DNA from: Candidatus Staskawiczbacteria bacterium
GTDB lineage: Bacteria; Patescibacteriota; Minisyncoccia; Minisyncoccales; Staskawiczbacteraceae
Assembly (NCBI GenBank): GCA_903831095.1
Contig: CAIKWD010000021.1
Coordinates: 1,518 to 65,517 of the forward strand
Direction of reading: 5' to 3'
DNA: 64,000 bases
Shown: positions 62,949-64,000 of the stretch, piece after piece
How positions within the stretch are numbered: position 1 is the first letter of the stretch
Layout: each line of letters opens with the position of its first letter
Position numbers and translations under genes: made by a program
Notes under the pieces: generated by a model
Database searches by the model: none
Seen by the model: the letters and a program-made list of their open reading frames with translations, nothing else
Told to the model about the DNA's origin: nothing

Positions 62949-63023
62949 TATATTTATCTCTCGGCGATATTGGGCGCCTGCGTGAGAGCATTCTCTTAGC
63001 AAAATATTCTCGCTTGATCTAAA

Positions 63024-63054
63024 CCTGGGACTGTAAAAAGTTTATTACCTCGCT
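63024..63054. repeat. Intergenic repeat, partial copy C (3' module only)
   Basis: cctgggactgtaaaaagtttattacctcgct matches the 3' ends of copies A and B. Confidence 0.65.
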
Positions 63055-63063
63055 CAAAAAATT

Positions 63064-63092
63064 ACAAACAAAAAGCTCGACGTAAAGTCGAG
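63064..63092 (-). terminator. Rho-independent terminator of rnpB
   Basis: Minus strand reads CTCGACtttacGTCGAGctttttgttt. Confidence 0.7.
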
Positions 63093-63101
63093 TGTTTTGT
63101 T

Positions 63102-63446
63102 GTCTTAGCAAGACTGTAAGCCGAATTCTGTATTATGTGATTATCTATCTGCCCACGATATTACTACCGGGATCTAGCGAACTACTTTTTACAGAATTTT
63201 GAGATGTATTTAACCCAATCTTCTGCTTTGTTCTTGCACCCAATAAGGATTTAGCCGTTTCAGTCCTGCATTACTGCAGAAATATTCCATTGCTGGAATG
63301 CCAGGTCTTTCAACCATAGCCGTTTCTGTTCGCACCTCGCACATTGCTGTGGACGGCAGTTAGCCGCTATACTTTCCCTTGCGGGATGGTGTTCGGACTT
63401 TCCTCTCTAAGCTTGCGCTTAAAGCAATCACTCATCTTGCTAAGAC
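63102..63446 (-). ncRNA. rnpB: RNase P RNA (bacterial)
   Basis: Minus strand contains GAGAGGAAAGUCCGAACACC (CR-I/P4), GCGAACAGAAACGGCU, GGUUGAAAGACC and ACAGAAUUCGGCUUACAG (CR-V/P4). Terminal P1 pairing GUCUUAGCAAGA / UCUUGCUAAGAC. About 345 nt. Confidence 0.88.
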
Positions 63447-63452
63447 ACATTA

Positions 63453-63480
63453 ATATTATCGCTTTTTAGGCATTTGTCAA
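63453..63480 (-). promoter_or_regulatory. Sigma70-like promoter of rnpB
   Basis: Minus strand TTGACA - 16 nt - TAATAT, with the -10 box ending about 6 nt upstream of the P1 5' end. Confidence 0.7.
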
Positions 63481-63565
63481 GGTAAATTTGTTTTTTCATA
63501 AAATTGCAAAACAAGGCAAAAAATAGTAATATAAAGCATATTTAACTACATATAATTACACATAT

Positions 63566-64000
63566 ATGAATCCATTTGCAAAAGTTGACGGCATTAATTA
63601 TGAACGTACAGCAGTTAAAACTAGATTACTGAATTTTAAGGATGATTTGCTGGGAATAATTGGGGAATATGTTGTACCACAAACCCAAAAAGGTGATTGG
63701 TTGGCAATTTCTGAGAAAGTTGTTTCTGTTTGCCAAAACAATGTAAGGCACATTTCTAGTGTGAAGGCTGGGTTTTTGGCTAAATTCATTGTTAGGTTTG
63801 TAAAAAAATATCCAAATGACATTGGTTTTTCTAGGGCAGAAAAAATGCAGGTGGCAGTGGAAACTTCAGGAAGGCTGAGAATGGTTTTGGCTATAATATT
63901 GGGAGTTTTAGGAAAGATTGTTGGCATAAAGGGAATTTTTTGGATTGTAGCTGGCAACCGTGTTTCGGAAATTGACGGATTTAATCCTGCAGCAATGTAC
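63566..64000 (+). CDS. 5' part of a gene running off the window; CofE-like (F420-0:gamma-glutamyl ligase family) domain protein
   Basis: ATG at 63566, open to the window end (145 codons). ...KGDWLAISEKVVSVCQN... resembles the CofE-family N-terminus (recollection). Missing from the ORF track because no stop lies in the window. Confidence 0.45.
   Translation, partial: MNPFAKVDGINYERTAVKTRLLNFKDDLLGIIGEYVVPQTQKGDWLAISEKVVSVCQNNVRHISSVKAGFLAKFIVRFVKKYPNDIGFSRAEKMQVAVETSGRLRMVLAIILGVLGKIVGIKGIFWIVAGNRVSEIDGFNPAAMY

Noticed and set aside
63598-63957. 119-aa minus-strand ORF
   Set aside because: It is a shadow of the plus-strand CofE-like gene that runs from 63566 off the window end, and its sequence is low-complexity and hydrophobic.
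1-64000. Alternative genetic code (UGA recoding, as in some CPR lineages)
   Set aside because: Long uninterrupted ORFs are obtained with the standard code. TGA closes well-delimited genes, for example 18815-18817 and 25182-25184 with coupled ATGA restarts.

Overview
AT-rich (roughly one-third G+C by eye), tightly packed window, almost entirely on the plus strand. Composition, gene content and mostly Shine-Dalgarno-less starts suggest a small-genome CPR/Patescibacteria-type bacterium (inference). The standard code fits, and TGA is used as a stop. Layout: 0.2-9.6 kb is a surface-glycan locus (SAM methyltransferases, GT4 glycosyltransferases, AsnB-type amidotransferase, SDR epimerase, priming sugar transferase). 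9.6-24.8 kb is mostly housekeeping (murB, hpf, secA, dinB, secD/secF, a lone minus-strand pyrC). 24.9-51.7 kb is the stand-out region. A promoter-led operon encodes two membrane proteins and a coupling-protein-like P-loop ATPase. It is followed by a tandem array of 11 diverged paralogs (553-602 aa, about 18.7 kb of CDS, about 29% of the window). These encode cysteine-rich proteins that begin and end with the same double zinc-ribbon module. The array is split 4+7 by an insert carrying a second copy of the ATPase, a CutA-like gene and two self-contained cassettes driven by a duplicated 40-nt promoter. I cannot place the paralog family in any named family, and it is my candidate for an undescribed system; its function is unknown. 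51.7-55.3 kb holds pgk, an HExxH protein and a DHH/DHHA1 phosphoesterase. 55.4-57.8 kb holds a convergent restriction-modification pair whose C5-cytosine methyltransferase is fused to a complete LexA repressor. 58-62.8 kb holds small accessory genes (PD-(D/E)XK nuclease, nucleotidyltransferase, GNAT, YwbE, CYTH, RNase HI). 63.1-63.4 kb holds a minus-strand RNase P RNA with clear promoter and terminator. No rRNA, tRNA, CRISPR array, transposase, integrase or reverse transcriptase was recognised. All family calls come from motifs read by eye; no searches were run.
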